DNA of 64,000 nucleotides from Candidatus Eiseniibacteriota bacterium (GTDB lineage Bacteria; Eisenbacteria; RBG-16-71-46; CAZAMP01): the NCBI GenBank assembly GCA_965224245.1, contig OZ245046.1, forward strand, positions 2,624,001 to 2,688,000, written 5' to 3'. Made by a program: the position numbers and the translations under genes. The notes under the pieces are model-generated. The model had not been told where the DNA came from. It did not search any database and saw nothing but the letters and a program-made list of their open reading frames with translations. Of this stretch, positions 27,023 to 36,814 are shown piece after piece; positions within the stretch are counted from its first letter, which is position 1; every line of letters begins with the position of its first letter.

Positions 27023-29998
27023 TCACGCGGCCTCCGGTCGGTCGACGTCGTTGAGCGCGTCGTGGAAGCGCTGGACCTCGACCTCCAGCACCGGAAGCTG
27101 GAGCCGGGCCGCGTCGAAGCCCCGCTCGCGGCACGTCGACTCGAACTGTCTGGCCGCGTCGAACGCGCGAACGGCTCCGAGGTTGGCCAGGTTGCCCTTC
27201 AGCGTGTGCGCGGCGCGGACCAGCACCTCGCGGTCCTCGCGTGCGAGCGCGTCGTGTATCTGTCCGACCAGATCGGCACGAACCGAGTCGAACATCCCGA
27301 TCATGTCGGCCAGGAGCTCGTGGTCTCCCTCGACGCGCTCGAAGAGGCCCGCTCGATCGATCACCTCGTCGCGAAGCGGCGGCGGCTCGGGCTCGGGCTC
27401 GGGCTCCGGCTCGGCGGCGCACGGCTCCTCCGGCACTCGCGCGAGCGCGGCCATGTGTCCCAGCAGCGTGTCCGCCTCGATCGGCTTGGACACGTAGACG
27501 TCCATGCCCGCTTCGAGGCACGCCTCGCGATCCCCCTTCATGGCGTTCGCGGTCAGCGCGACGATGGGAACGCGCGACGTCCCGGCGGCCTCACGGCTCC
27601 GGATGGTTCGAGCGGCCTCGAGTCCGCTCATCTCGGGCATCATGACGTCCATCAGCACGATGTCGAACCTGCCGCTGGCCCACATGTCGACGGCCTCACG
27701 ACCGTTGCCCGCGACCTCGACCGCGTAGCCGCGCTTCTCGAGAAGTCGCACCGCGAGCTTCTGGTTGATCGCGTTGTCCTCGGCGAGCAGCACCCAGACG
27801 CGATGATCGGCCGACTGGCGCCCGAACGCCGGCCCCGGCGCCGCCGGGTCTCGGCGGTGAGCCTTCGCTTCCGTCGCGTCGCGAGTCTCGTTCCCCGCGA
27901 GGTGAGCCTCCTCCGGCTCCGCGTGGGCCTCTGCCGCCGGCTCCTCATTGGCGTCTGCCTGCTCCGCGTGGGCCTCTGCCGGCGCCACGTCGGCGCGCTC
28001 GGGCGTTTCGCCGAGCTCGCCGGATGCGGTCCCGGACCGACCCGCTGGTCCCATGAGCTCGCTGACGACCGTCGCCAGCCTCGCCAGCTCGGTCGGCCGA
28101 CACAGACACGCCGCCGCCCCGAGGTGCTGCAGATCCGACAGCTCGGTGCGGGAGGCGGTCGCCGGGACGACGACCACGCAGGGCACGTGCCGCGCTCCCC
28201 CGACGAGCGCGGCCCGGATCGAGTCGCCCCCCGCGGCGAAGAGCCCCCCGTCCACGACGGCGAGATCGACCGGATGCCCCGCCCCGAGCCCGGCATCCGC
28301 ACCGCCGGCGTCCGACGCAGCGGCCGCGGCCTCCTCCACCGACGCGGTGGCCACGGTCTCCACTCCGAGCCGATCGAACAGATCCACGAGAGCGCGCAGG
28401 CTGCTCGCATCCGGATCCACCACCAGCGCGCGGAGACCGGCCACGTCGGGCAGCGACCTGGGCTCGGCGGTGCCCTCGAGGACCTTGCCCACGCGCACGG
28501 TGAAGTGGAAGACGCTTCCGATCCCCATCGTGCTCTCGACCCACATCTGTCCGTCCATCAGCTTCACGAGCTGGTTGGAGATCGTCAGGCCGAGCCCCGT
28601 TCCCCCGTAGCGACGGCTCGTCGACCCGTCGGCCTGGGTGAAGGCGTCGAAGATGAGCGCCCGACGACCCTCGGGGATGCCCGGTCCCGTATCGATCACG
28701 GCGATGTGCAGCATCATGTCGCCGTCGCCGTCGCTGGCCACCGAGACGCGGATCGAGACGCGTCCGGAGTCGGTGAACTTGACCCCGTTGCCTACCAGGT
28801 TCACGAGAATCTGACGGAGGCGACCGTGGTCGCCGATCATGCTGGCCGGCACCGCCGGGTCGATCTCGTACGTGAGCTCCAGATCCTTCTCGTGCGCGCG
28901 CAGCAGGAGCGTCTTGACCACGTCCTTCAGGAGATCCTCGAGAACGAAGGGCTCGGGATCCAGATCCAGCTTGCCGGCATCGATCTTCGAGAAGTCCAGG
29001 ATGTCGTTGATGATCTTCAAGAGCGCGTCGGCCGACGACTTGACGATCCCCAGATACTCGCGGGGCTCGTCGGAGAGGTCGCTACCCAGCGCCAGCTCGG
29101 TCATCCCGATGATGCCGTTCATCGGTGTGCGGATCTCGTGGCTCATGTTGGCCAGGAACTCGCTCTTGGCGTGGGCGGCGGCCTCGGCGCGCTCCTTCTC
29201 GGCGACAAGGCTGCGGTTCATGGCCGTCAGCTGCGCGGTGCGTTGCGCGACGATGTCGTCCACGCGTTCCCGCTCCTCGTCGAGCGCGAGTTCGCGGCGC
29301 CGCACCAGCCCGATGACCTCGTTGAACGCGTCCACGACGCGCTCCATCTCGTCACGCGCTCGTCGGCCGGGGGCGTTTCCGCCCTCACCGGCGATCACCT
29401 GGGCCGACGTCCGCGCCAGCTGTCGCAGCGGACGCAGGATGCGCGTCCGGATGGGGAGCGTCGCCACGAGCGCGCAGGCCACGATGACCCATCCGCCGGC
29501 CAGGTGAAGGAGTGCGCCGGCGAGCACGTGCGCCGTGCCCGAGTCACGATCTCGCACCACCACGAGATAGCCCGTTCGATTCCCATCGAGCGCGACCGGG
29601 TGGTAGCACTCCAGGCGCCCGTCCGCGGTCGTGACCCGTGGCTCGTCTCCGATGGCCAGCGGGACGTTGATCGCCGTCACGGCACCGGCATCCCGCACGT
29701 ACGTGGCCACCCGGTTCCAGGACAGGTCGAAGAGCGACGCCGAGACGACCCGCCGGTCCACGCGCATCCCCTCGAGCATCGGACGCGCGTCGGCTCCGCG
29801 ACCTTCGGCCAGGAAGCCGGCGGCGGCGACCGACAGCATGCGCCCCTCGCGCACGACCGAGTCGTGCTCGTGGGCCCGAGCCGCCCGAAGCTCCGAGACG
29901 GTATCGGCGGTGACGGCGGCGGTCACGGCCAGGAGCCCCGCCACCCCGGCCATCAGCGTCAGCTTCCTGTCGAATGGGATTCGATCGAAGAGGTCCAT
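27023..29998 (-). CDS. hybrid sensor histidine kinase (periplasmic sensor-HAMP-HisKA-HATPase-REC-REC-Hpt)
   Basis: [52 protein letters not shown], Hpt AAHTLKG. Confidence 0.94.
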   Translation of the reverse strand: MDLFDRIPFDRKLTLMAGVAGLLAVTAAVTADTVSELRAARAHEHDSVVREGRMLSVAAAGFLAEGRGADARPMLEGMRVDRRVVSASLFDLSWNRVATYVRDAGAVTAINVPLAIGDEPRVTTADGRLECYHPVALDGNRTGYLVVVRDRDSGTAHVLAGALLHLAGGWVIVACALVATLPIRTRILRPLRQLARTSAQVIAGEGGNAPGRRARDEMERVVDAFNEVIGLVRRRELALDEERERVDDIVAQRTAQLTAMNRSLVAEKERAEAAAHAKSEFLANMSHEIRTPMNGIIGMTELALGSDLSDEPREYLGIVKSSADALLKIINDILDFSKIDAGKLDLDPEPFVLEDLLKDVVKTLLLRAHEKDLELTYEIDPAVPASMIGDHGRLRQILVNLVGNGVKFTDSGRVSIRVSVASDGDGDMMLHIAVIDTGPGIPEGRRALIFDAFTQADGSTSRRYGGTGLGLTISNQLVKLMDGQMWVESTMGIGSVFHFTVRVGKVLEGTAEPRSLPDVAGLRALVVDPDASSLRALVDLFDRLGVETVATASVEEAAAAASDAGGADAGLGAGHPVDLAVVDGGLFAAGGDSIRAALVGGARHVPCVVVVPATASRTELSDLQHLGAAACLCRPTELARLATVVSELMGPAGRSGTASGELGETPERADVAPAEAHAEQADANEEPAAEAHAEPEEAHLAGNETRDATEAKAHRRDPAAPGPAFGRQSADHRVWVLLAEDNAINQKLAVRLLEKRGYAVEVAGNGREAVDMWASGRFDIVLMDVMMPEMSGLEAARTIRSREAAGTSRVPIVALTANAMKGDREACLEAGMDVYVSKPIEADTLLGHMAALARVPEEPCAAEPEPEPEPEPPPLRDEVIDRAGLFERVEGDHELLADMIGMFDSVRADLVGQIHDALAREDREVLVRAAHTLKGNLANLGAVRAFDAARQFESTCRERGFDAARLQLPVLEVEVQRFHDALNDVDRPEAA
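27916..27981. repeat. 21-bp direct repeat within the kinase linker
   Basis: GCTCCGCGTGGGCCTCTGCCG at 27916-27936 and 27961-27981 (45-bp period; encodes AEAHAE twice). Confidence 0.85.
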
Positions 29999-30072
29999 AT
30001 GGCCGTCGGGTGCCTTTCTGGGCGGGACGGGGTACCGGTCCTCTTCTTGGTCGACGCGTTCGTCCGGAAACG

Positions 30073-30933
30073 TTAGGTGGGACCGGCGCCCGGGGCCGTG
30101 GGGGCGACCCGAGCCGGCGCCAGCGCCCGGATGCTGGCGTGCGTCAGCGCGAAGTCGTACCGGACGGGATCAGACGGACGGATTCGGCGGAAACCGGCCG
30201 TCACCTCCTCCGCCGTCCGGAGCCCTCCACTGCGCCGGCGGGTCAGGCCGAGCCGCCGGACCACGCGCTGCATGTGCGTGTCCAGGGGCACGATCAGCCG
30301 GCGCGGCCCCATCCCCGAGGCACGCACGATGCCGGCCCAGGTGCCGGGATCGACCGAGTCTTCCCGGAGCATCCAGCGCAGGAACAGGAACGTGCGCTTG
30401 CACGCGCTGCCGTCCGCCGGCGAGGGCAGGAGCCCGAAGGTGCCCCGAGCCCGATCGGGCAGGATCTCGGCGATCCAGGCCGTCGCGGGTGCGATCACGT
30501 CGCGCTGTCCGGGACGGACGTGAGCGAGGAACGCGTGCCCGAGCGAGCCGTGTCGGCGCCGCGCTCGCCGCACCCCGATCAGGAGCGCGGCCAGCTCGCG
30601 ACCGGTCGTGAACCGATGGCGAAACGGTGCGTAGATCCCGCGGATCCGCGCCGGTGTCAGGTCGTCGAGTGCGGCGGCCGGGTGGTCGCCCAGCGGCGCC
30701 AGCGCGCGGCCGACACTGGCGCGAATCTGGGCCAGCCGGCCGTAGGCGAGCACGGCCGCGATCAGCCCCACGACCTCCTGGTCCTCGGCTCGTTCGCAGC
30801 GGTGCACGAACGCGACCGGATCGTCCGCCGCCACCGCCGGATCGTCGAAGCGGTGGTAGAGACGCTCCAGCCGCCGCCGGAGTCGCGAGAGCTCGCGACC
30901 CGCGGACAGCCCCCCGGACGCTCCGGACGTCAT
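30073..30933 (-). CDS. TIGR02757 (DUF2400) family protein
   Basis: [48 protein letters not shown] overlap with the upstream gene. Confidence 0.9.
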   Translation of the reverse strand: MTSGASGGLSAGRELSRLRRRLERLYHRFDDPAVAADDPVAFVHRCERAEDQEVVGLIAAVLAYGRLAQIRASVGRALAPLGDHPAAALDDLTPARIRGIYAPFRHRFTTGRELAALLIGVRRARRRHGSLGHAFLAHVRPGQRDVIAPATAWIAEILPDRARGTFGLLPSPADGSACKRTFLFLRWMLREDSVDPGTWAGIVRASGMGPRRLIVPLDTHMQRVVRRLGLTRRRSGGLRTAEEVTAGFRRIRPSDPVRYDFALTHASIRALAPARVAPTAPGAGPT

Positions 30934-31997
30934 GGCGCCCGGGTGTCCGGCGTGGCCGCACCGCGGCCCGTCGAGTCGGCGCCGGGCGGCACCGGCGGCG
31001 GGGTCTCGACCGACGTCCCGGACGGCGGTGCGGGGTCGCCGCCCGCGCCGCGCCGGGAGGCGGACAGGTAGGCCACGATCGTGGCGCCCTCGTCGTCGGT
31101 GATGAACGCCTTGCCCGCGAGGCGCTGCATGCGCCGTATGGTCGTCGCCCACCAGAGCGGATCGGCGTCGGGATGCACGTACGTGCGATCGAGGGTGTGA
31201 CAGCGGATGCAGCGCGTCTCCACGAGCGCCTGCCCGCCGGCGGGATCCCCGCCCAGAAGGGCCGGCACCGCCCGGGCGAACACGTCCTCCAGGAGCTGTC
31301 GATCGACCGGCGCCCCGAACTGCCCCCGGATGAGATGATGCTGCGCCAGCCCGTGCTTCCCGAGCATCTCGTAGGCGCGGGCCAGCTGCTTGTGCGCGTC
31401 CGAGAAGCGCGGATACGTCTCCACGATGGGCGTCAGGACCTCGATCACGCCGTTCCAGTCCTGATCGGACACCCGCAGCCGCGACTCCCCGAGCGCGGCC
31501 AGGGGATCGGTCGGATCCGAGAGGTAGGCGCGGTGTGCGACGACCTTGCCCGCCTCGATCTCACCGAGCTTCATCAAAATCGTCCCCAGCCTGGCCAGCA
31601 CGTCGGGGTCGGTGGGAGCGAGCACGCTCGCACGCCGGTACGCCGCCTTCGCCAGGTCCCACCGGCCCGCCGCGTCGGCCGCCACGGCCTTCAGGTAGGG
31701 CCATCGCCAGTCCTCGGAATCGCGCTCGATCACGAGCGCGTACACCGTCGCCGCGAGGTCGTCGAACTGATGCGCGTGCAGCGTCATCGCGAGCTCGGCC
31801 AGCGCCTCGACGTCGCGAGGGTGGGCGAGCGCGGCCTCGTACGCCGACGTCATCCGCGCGATCGTGGCGGCGTTGTGCCCGGTCAGGATCGGAAGGTCGG
31901 GGAGCCTGCGCCTCGCAGCGTCGTCGGCCAGCGCGCAGCCGAGACCGACGGCGACCGCCGACAGGAGTGCGATCCGGTGGAGACATGGCCACCTCAT
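30930..31997 (-). CDS. exported TPR protein with C-terminal monoheme cytochrome c domain
   Basis: Signal/lipobox-like VGLG-C; TPR helices; GDPAGGQALVETRCIRCH...WATTIRRM...IVAYL (class I cyt c pattern). Confidence 0.75.
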   Translation of the reverse strand: MRWPCLHRIALLSAVAVGLGCALADDAARRRLPDLPILTGHNAATIARMTSAYEAALAHPRDVEALAELAMTLHAHQFDDLAATVYALVIERDSEDWRWPYLKAVAADAAGRWDLAKAAYRRASVLAPTDPDVLARLGTILMKLGEIEAGKVVAHRAYLSDPTDPLAALGESRLRVSDQDWNGVIEVLTPIVETYPRFSDAHKQLARAYEMLGKHGLAQHHLIRGQFGAPVDRQLLEDVFARAVPALLGGDPAGGQALVETRCIRCHTLDRTYVHPDADPLWWATTIRRMQRLAGKAFITDDEGATIVAYLSASRRGAGGDPAPPSGTSVETPPPVPPGADSTGRGAATPDTRAP

Positions 31998-33349
31998 GGA
32001 CCGCTCGACGACCCCGCGTTCGTCCAGATCGTCAGCCGCTCGATCCGATCGAAGGGCGGATACAGCGCCATGCCGCCGGTCACGAGGTCGGGGCGTCCGT
32101 CGCCGTCGAGGTCGCCGACGTCCAGCGTCATCAGGTGCGTCGGGTCGTGGGCGATCCCGTGCGACACGAACCGGCCGTCGCCGAGGTTCTCGAACCAGCG
32201 CACGCCGCGCGCATCGGGACGATCCCAGTAGTTGAACGTGCTGACGGCGATGCCGTCCAGATCGCCGTCACCATCCAGGTCGGCCACCGCGGGCGCATAG
32301 GCGCCGAAGTAATCGTCGATCCGGTGGAACGTGAACGAGAGCCCTCCCTCGTTCTCCAGCCACTGCACCCCGTGATTGGGCAACGGCCGGTAGTCGGTGG
32401 CCACGAATGCATCGCCGTTGGTGTAGAGCACGTCGACGTCCCCGTCACCGTCGAGATCGCCCAGCGCGATGCCGCTCGAGCAGTAATCGTCGGTGGCGGC
32501 ACCGAAGATCACGTGCGACGCAAAGTCGCCGTGACCGTCGTTCTCGAACACGTACACCTCTTCCCACTCCTGCGACACCAGCGCGACGATGTCGAGATCT
32601 CCGTCCCCGTCCATGTCAGCCACCGGGGAGTGGATCGTTCCGGCCAGGTTCAGCAGCTGATGGCTCTCGAAGCGCCAGTCGCCGAGGTTCTCCATCCACC
32701 GGATCTCACCCTGGTCGTAGCCGAACTGTCCCACCGACAGGTCCACGTCTCCGTCTCCATCCAGATCACCGGGCTGGACGTCGGTGACGCGGGCGATGCC
32801 GTCGGCCAGCACACGCTCGTGGAAGCGCATGCGTCCGTCGTTCTCGAGCACGATGACCGAGCCGATGCGGTCGTTGTTGGGCAGCATGATCCCCATCGCC
32901 GCGACCAGCACGTCGAGGTCGCCGTCGGCGTCGACGTCCACCGGAGCCACGCGAACCGGCGCACCGATCGAGTCGGAGATCGCGTCCTCGACGAAGGCGC
33001 CGGCGGCGTCGGGATGCAGCCAGGTCACGCGCGCCGCCAGCACGTCGGCCACGAGCACGTCGCGCCGGCCGTCCCCGTCCAGGTCGGTGATGCACGTGTG
33101 CGCGATGAGGGGCTTCCGGGCCGCGAACGCGGCGCCGCCTACGGCTCGGGGCCGGAACAGATCCGGCGTGTCGGGTCCCCGGCGATCGGCCGCCGTCTCG
33201 ATGGCGACCGGCGTGTCGTCGCCGCGTCCCCAGGTCGCCACGAACTCGCCGACGGACTGCCCGCTCCGCCGCGCTCCCAGGACGAGCCCGAGCCCGACCA
33301 CGAGCGCGACGACGACGAGCGCCGCGAGCACCATGCCGATGGTCTTCAC
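31994..33349 (-). CDS. FG-GAP/VCBS repeat beta-propeller protein with N-terminal membrane anchor
   Basis: Seven DxDGDGxxD-type repeats (DLDGDGRRD, DVDADGDLD, DLDGDGDVD, DMDGDGDLD, DLDGDGDVD, DLDGDGDLD, DLDGDGRPD). GTGA overlap. Confidence 0.9.
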   Translation of the reverse strand: MKTIGMVLAALVVVALVVGLGLVLGARRSGQSVGEFVATWGRGDDTPVAIETAADRRGPDTPDLFRPRAVGGAAFAARKPLIAHTCITDLDGDGRRDVLVADVLAARVTWLHPDAAGAFVEDAISDSIGAPVRVAPVDVDADGDLDVLVAAMGIMLPNNDRIGSVIVLENDGRMRFHERVLADGIARVTDVQPGDLDGDGDVDLSVGQFGYDQGEIRWMENLGDWRFESHQLLNLAGTIHSPVADMDGDGDLDIVALVSQEWEEVYVFENDGHGDFASHVIFGAATDDYCSSGIALGDLDGDGDVDVLYTNGDAFVATDYRPLPNHGVQWLENEGGLSFTFHRIDDYFGAYAPAVADLDGDGDLDGIAVSTFNYWDRPDARGVRWFENLGDGRFVSHGIAHDPTHLMTLDVGDLDGDGRPDLVTGGMALYPPFDRIERLTIWTNAGSSSGP

Positions 33350-35106
33350 CGTGAACCTCCCCGTGCGCGCGCGAGCGCCTCGCGTGCCGCGTCGAGACCC
33401 GGGGCGAGCCGGACGGCGCTCTCGAAGTGAGCGATCGCCTCGTCCCGCGCCCCCCGCCGCATCAGCGTCGTGCCCAGGTGGAGATGCGCCTGCGCGAAGT
33501 TCGGATTGACGTCGATCGAGCGGCGCAGCTCGCGCTCGGCCGGTCCCACCTCGCCCCGACGCAGATGAACGTACCCGAGCGCCGCCAGCACGCGATAGTC
33601 GTTCGGCATCAGATCCCGCGCCGCCGACAGCTCCCGCCTGGCGTCGGTCCACGCGCCGGCCTGCAAGAGGTGATTGCCGAACGCGAAGTGCAGCATGCCG
33701 TCGTCCGGGTTCGCCTCGACGCCGCGCCGGAAGACGCGCACCGCCTCGTCGGATCTCCCGAGCCGCGCGAGCAGCGAGGCCCAGCCCGACCAGGCCTCGC
33801 CGAGCCGCGCGTCCAGCGTCGTCGCGGTCTCGTACGCGTCCAGCGCGGTGTCCGGGTGACCGGCGCGCTCCAGGACCGCAGCCAGTCGCTCGTACCCGAG
33901 CGCGGGCTGTCCCAGCGTGTACGGCGTGTCCGCCGGCACGGCGAGCCCTCGCTGATAGTGTTCGCGCGCCGCGTCCAGATCCCCGCGAAAGAACGAGATC
34001 TGCCCGAGGCTCATGTGGGCCATCGCGTGCTGGGGCTCGGTGGCGATGATGTCGCGCCACACCGACGCGGCCGCCGTCGTGTCGCCGGAAGCCTGGAGCG
34101 CGATCGCGTAGTCGTGTCGGAGATTGAGATAACTCGGATCCAGTCGGATCGCGCGCTCCAGCGTGGAGCGCGCCTCACGAAGCCGGGCGACCGACCGTCC
34201 CCCCATCGGTCCCGACAGGAACCGGCCCAGCGCCAGCAACACGTCGACGTCGTCCGGCGCGACCGCCTCCGCGCGCCGGAGAAAGGTCTCCGCGCGCGTG
34301 GCGTCACCCCACGTCTCGGCGATCTTGGCCTGCGTGACCAGAACGGACCCCGTGCTCGACGTGAGATACAGATCGAGCATCAGGGGATCGCGCATCTCGA
34401 GACCCACCGACGAGCCGAGGCGTTCGTGACGTCGCGCGTCGGCGTCCCGACCGAGCGCGTCGTAGGCGATCGCGAGCATGCGCTGGGCGGGACCGTAGCC
34501 CGGGTCAGCCCGGACCGCCGCATCCAGCACCCGCACCGCGCCCTCCCAGTCGCCACGATCGCCGAGGAGTCTCCCCAGATCGACGGCGGCGTGCGGCTGG
34601 GTCGGAAGAATCTCGAGCGCGCGCCGGAACGCCGACTCGGCTTCATCGGTCTCGCCGCGCCGCAGGCGGAGCTGCCCCAGCCTCGCCCAGCCGTACGCCA
34701 GACCCGGATCGCACGCGAGGGCCGCCTCGAGCGCCTCCACGGCACGATCGTGGTCGCCCAGCGTCAGCTCGAGCACGCCGCGGTAGTACGGCCAGCGCGC
34801 ATCGCCCGGATCGAGGACGCCCGCGCGCCGGTACAGGTGCCGCGCGTGGTCGTGAAACGCGTTCGCGTGGTACGTCATCCCGAGCGCTCCCACCGCCTCG
34901 CCCGAGCCGGGGTGCCGCCGCGCCTCGCGATCGGCGGACGTGACGGCCTCGACCACCGTCGGTGCCGCGCCGGAGAGATCCGGCGGCGCCGGGATCTCCC
35001 GCCGCATCGCCTGCTCGGACATCCGATCGATCACTCCCAGCGCAACCGCCGCCAGCACGAGCGTGACCGTGACGAGGACCCAGAGATTGCGGCGAGCGAC
35101 GGACAC
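33346..35106 (-). CDS. membrane-anchored multi-TPR protein
   Basis: GGAGG RBS; N-terminal TM; many TPR units (ARLGQL, AHMSLGQI, AHLHLGTTL). Confidence 0.88.
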   Translation of the reverse strand: MSVARRNLWVLVTVTLVLAAVALGVIDRMSEQAMRREIPAPPDLSGAAPTVVEAVTSADREARRHPGSGEAVGALGMTYHANAFHDHARHLYRRAGVLDPGDARWPYYRGVLELTLGDHDRAVEALEAALACDPGLAYGWARLGQLRLRRGETDEAESAFRRALEILPTQPHAAVDLGRLLGDRGDWEGAVRVLDAAVRADPGYGPAQRMLAIAYDALGRDADARRHERLGSSVGLEMRDPLMLDLYLTSSTGSVLVTQAKIAETWGDATRAETFLRRAEAVAPDDVDVLLALGRFLSGPMGGRSVARLREARSTLERAIRLDPSYLNLRHDYAIALQASGDTTAAASVWRDIIATEPQHAMAHMSLGQISFFRGDLDAAREHYQRGLAVPADTPYTLGQPALGYERLAAVLERAGHPDTALDAYETATTLDARLGEAWSGWASLLARLGRSDEAVRVFRRGVEANPDDGMLHFAFGNHLLQAGAWTDARRELSAARDLMPNDYRVLAALGYVHLRRGEVGPAERELRRSIDVNPNFAQAHLHLGTTLMRRGARDEAIAHFESAVRLAPGLDAAREALARARGGSR

Positions 35107-35378
35107 GAAGCCTCCAGAGGGGGCGTGCGGACGAGCCGGGCGTCGGGTGCCCGGGCGTCGGGGACGGGATCGAACGGTCGATTCACGAGCCGCCCATTAT
35201 GCGGCGTTTGGTCGGGACGGGGTACCCGTTTCTTGACCGCGACACTCGCCGCGGACCCGCCGATGGATCGTGGGCGCGACGCGTGCGAGTCCCGACGATC
35301 GGTCGCTCGGCATGGCGCCGGCATGCTACGGTGCCCGGCGTTCGACGCCGACCGGTCCGGTCGCCGACAGAGGAGATC

Positions 35379-36710
35379 GTGTTGCGTGTCCGTCCCCCCG
35401 TTCTGGCCGTGTCGTCCATCGTCGTGTTCGCGCTCGTGGTCGAGATCGTCGTGCGGCTCGCGGGACCGGATCTCTCCACTCCGGCGGCGCAGGGTCAGTT
35501 CCGCTTCGACGTGGGCCCCGAGGCCGCGCGCGCTCATCACGTGCGCGACCCGGAGCTCGGGTGGCGCCTCGCCCCCGGGGGCGCCGGCGGCATCCGCACG
35601 AACTCCCGCGGCTTTCGGGGCGCCGAGTTCGCCGATCGCAAGCCCCCCGGCGTGCTCCGCATCGTGTTCATCGGCGACAGCAATCCGATGGGGTTCGGGC
35701 TGACCGACGAGAGCCATCCCTACCCCAGCCGCGTGTGCGAGATCCTGACGACGTTCGTCGGGGATCGTCTGGGAGCGGAGGTCGAGTGCATCAACCTGGG
35801 CGTGGATGCCTACTCCAGCCTTCAGGCACGCCGGGTTGCCGAGCGCTACGTTCCGCTTCTCCGGCCGGACTTCGTCTGCGTGCAGGTGGGGTTCAACGAC
35901 TACTGCTACGCATCGGTCGCCGACGCCGATCGACACTTCGAGCGTCCGCCGGTGCTGCGGCTGCTCGACCGCTCCCATGCGTACCGGTGGCTGCGGCGAG
36001 TCCTCCTGGCACGAACGCCCCGCTGGAGCGGCGAGCCGGTTCGCCGGGTGTCGCCCCAGGCGTTCGAGGCCAACGTGCGGGCGATCGTCGCGATCGCGAA
36101 CGAGATCGGAGCCCGTCCGATCCTGATCACGACGCCCGTGAATCCCAACGTGCCGCTGGTCATCAACGAGGAGCGCATCCAGAGCGGAGACGACGAGATC
36201 TGGATGACCGAGGACCGGTGGGCGAAGGGCATGTTGCAGCAGGCCGGCGTCGTACCTCCGGACTCGCTCACGCACGAGCGCTACATCCCCGAGACCGAGC
36301 GGCTCCTGAACGCGCATCCGGACTGGCCCATCCTGGCCTGGATGCTGTCGGCCGCGCACGCCGAGCAGGGTGACTCGGCGGCGGCGCAGACGTACGACGC
36401 GATGTGGCGGCGACTCGACACCGAGCGCGCCGTGCTCGCCTCGGGCTACCGCGAGCCGCTGGATCGAACGGCACGGGACACCGGCGCCGAGCTCGTGGAC
36501 GTGGCCGCGCTGCTCGATGCCTACCGGGCCGAGGTGGGCGAGGAGAACGCGCGCGGGCTCTACCTCGACTTCGTGCACCTGGATCCTCGCGGGCACGTGG
36601 TCGTCGCCACCGAGCTGGCCCGGCGCATCGTCTCGGCGGTCGCGGGCGAGGCGTCTGGCGACGCACGGGATCCGAGCCACCCGGGTGGCGCCGCCGTCCC
36701 GGGCGACTGA
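35379..36710 (+). CDS. SGNH/GDSL hydrolase family protein
   Basis: GAGGAG RBS; N-terminal TM; TNSRGFRG, IGDSNPMG, NLGV, GFND, DFVH. Confidence 0.85.
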   Translation: MLRVRPPVLAVSSIVVFALVVEIVVRLAGPDLSTPAAQGQFRFDVGPEAARAHHVRDPELGWRLAPGGAGGIRTNSRGFRGAEFADRKPPGVLRIVFIGDSNPMGFGLTDESHPYPSRVCEILTTFVGDRLGAEVECINLGVDAYSSLQARRVAERYVPLLRPDFVCVQVGFNDYCYASVADADRHFERPPVLRLLDRSHAYRWLRRVLLARTPRWSGEPVRRVSPQAFEANVRAIVAIANEIGARPILITTPVNPNVPLVINEERIQSGDDEIWMTEDRWAKGMLQQAGVVPPDSLTHERYIPETERLLNAHPDWPILAWMLSAAHAEQGDSAAAQTYDAMWRRLDTERAVLASGYREPLDRTARDTGAELVDVAALLDAYRAEVGEENARGLYLDFVHLDPRGHVVVATELARRIVSAVAGEASGDARDPSHPGGAAVPGD

Positions 36711-36814
36711 GAGAGCCGGGCGGCGTCCACCGGTCGGCGGTTCGCACTCCACCCTTGCGCGGACGCGTTGCGGCTGGACGGGTGGTCGGGAGCGGGGATC
36801 GGATCGACGTGCGC

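Noticed and set aside
32080-33100. Recurring GACGGCGACGG-like DNA repeats
   Set aside because: They are the coding sequence of FG-GAP DxDGDG repeats, not an independent DNA element.
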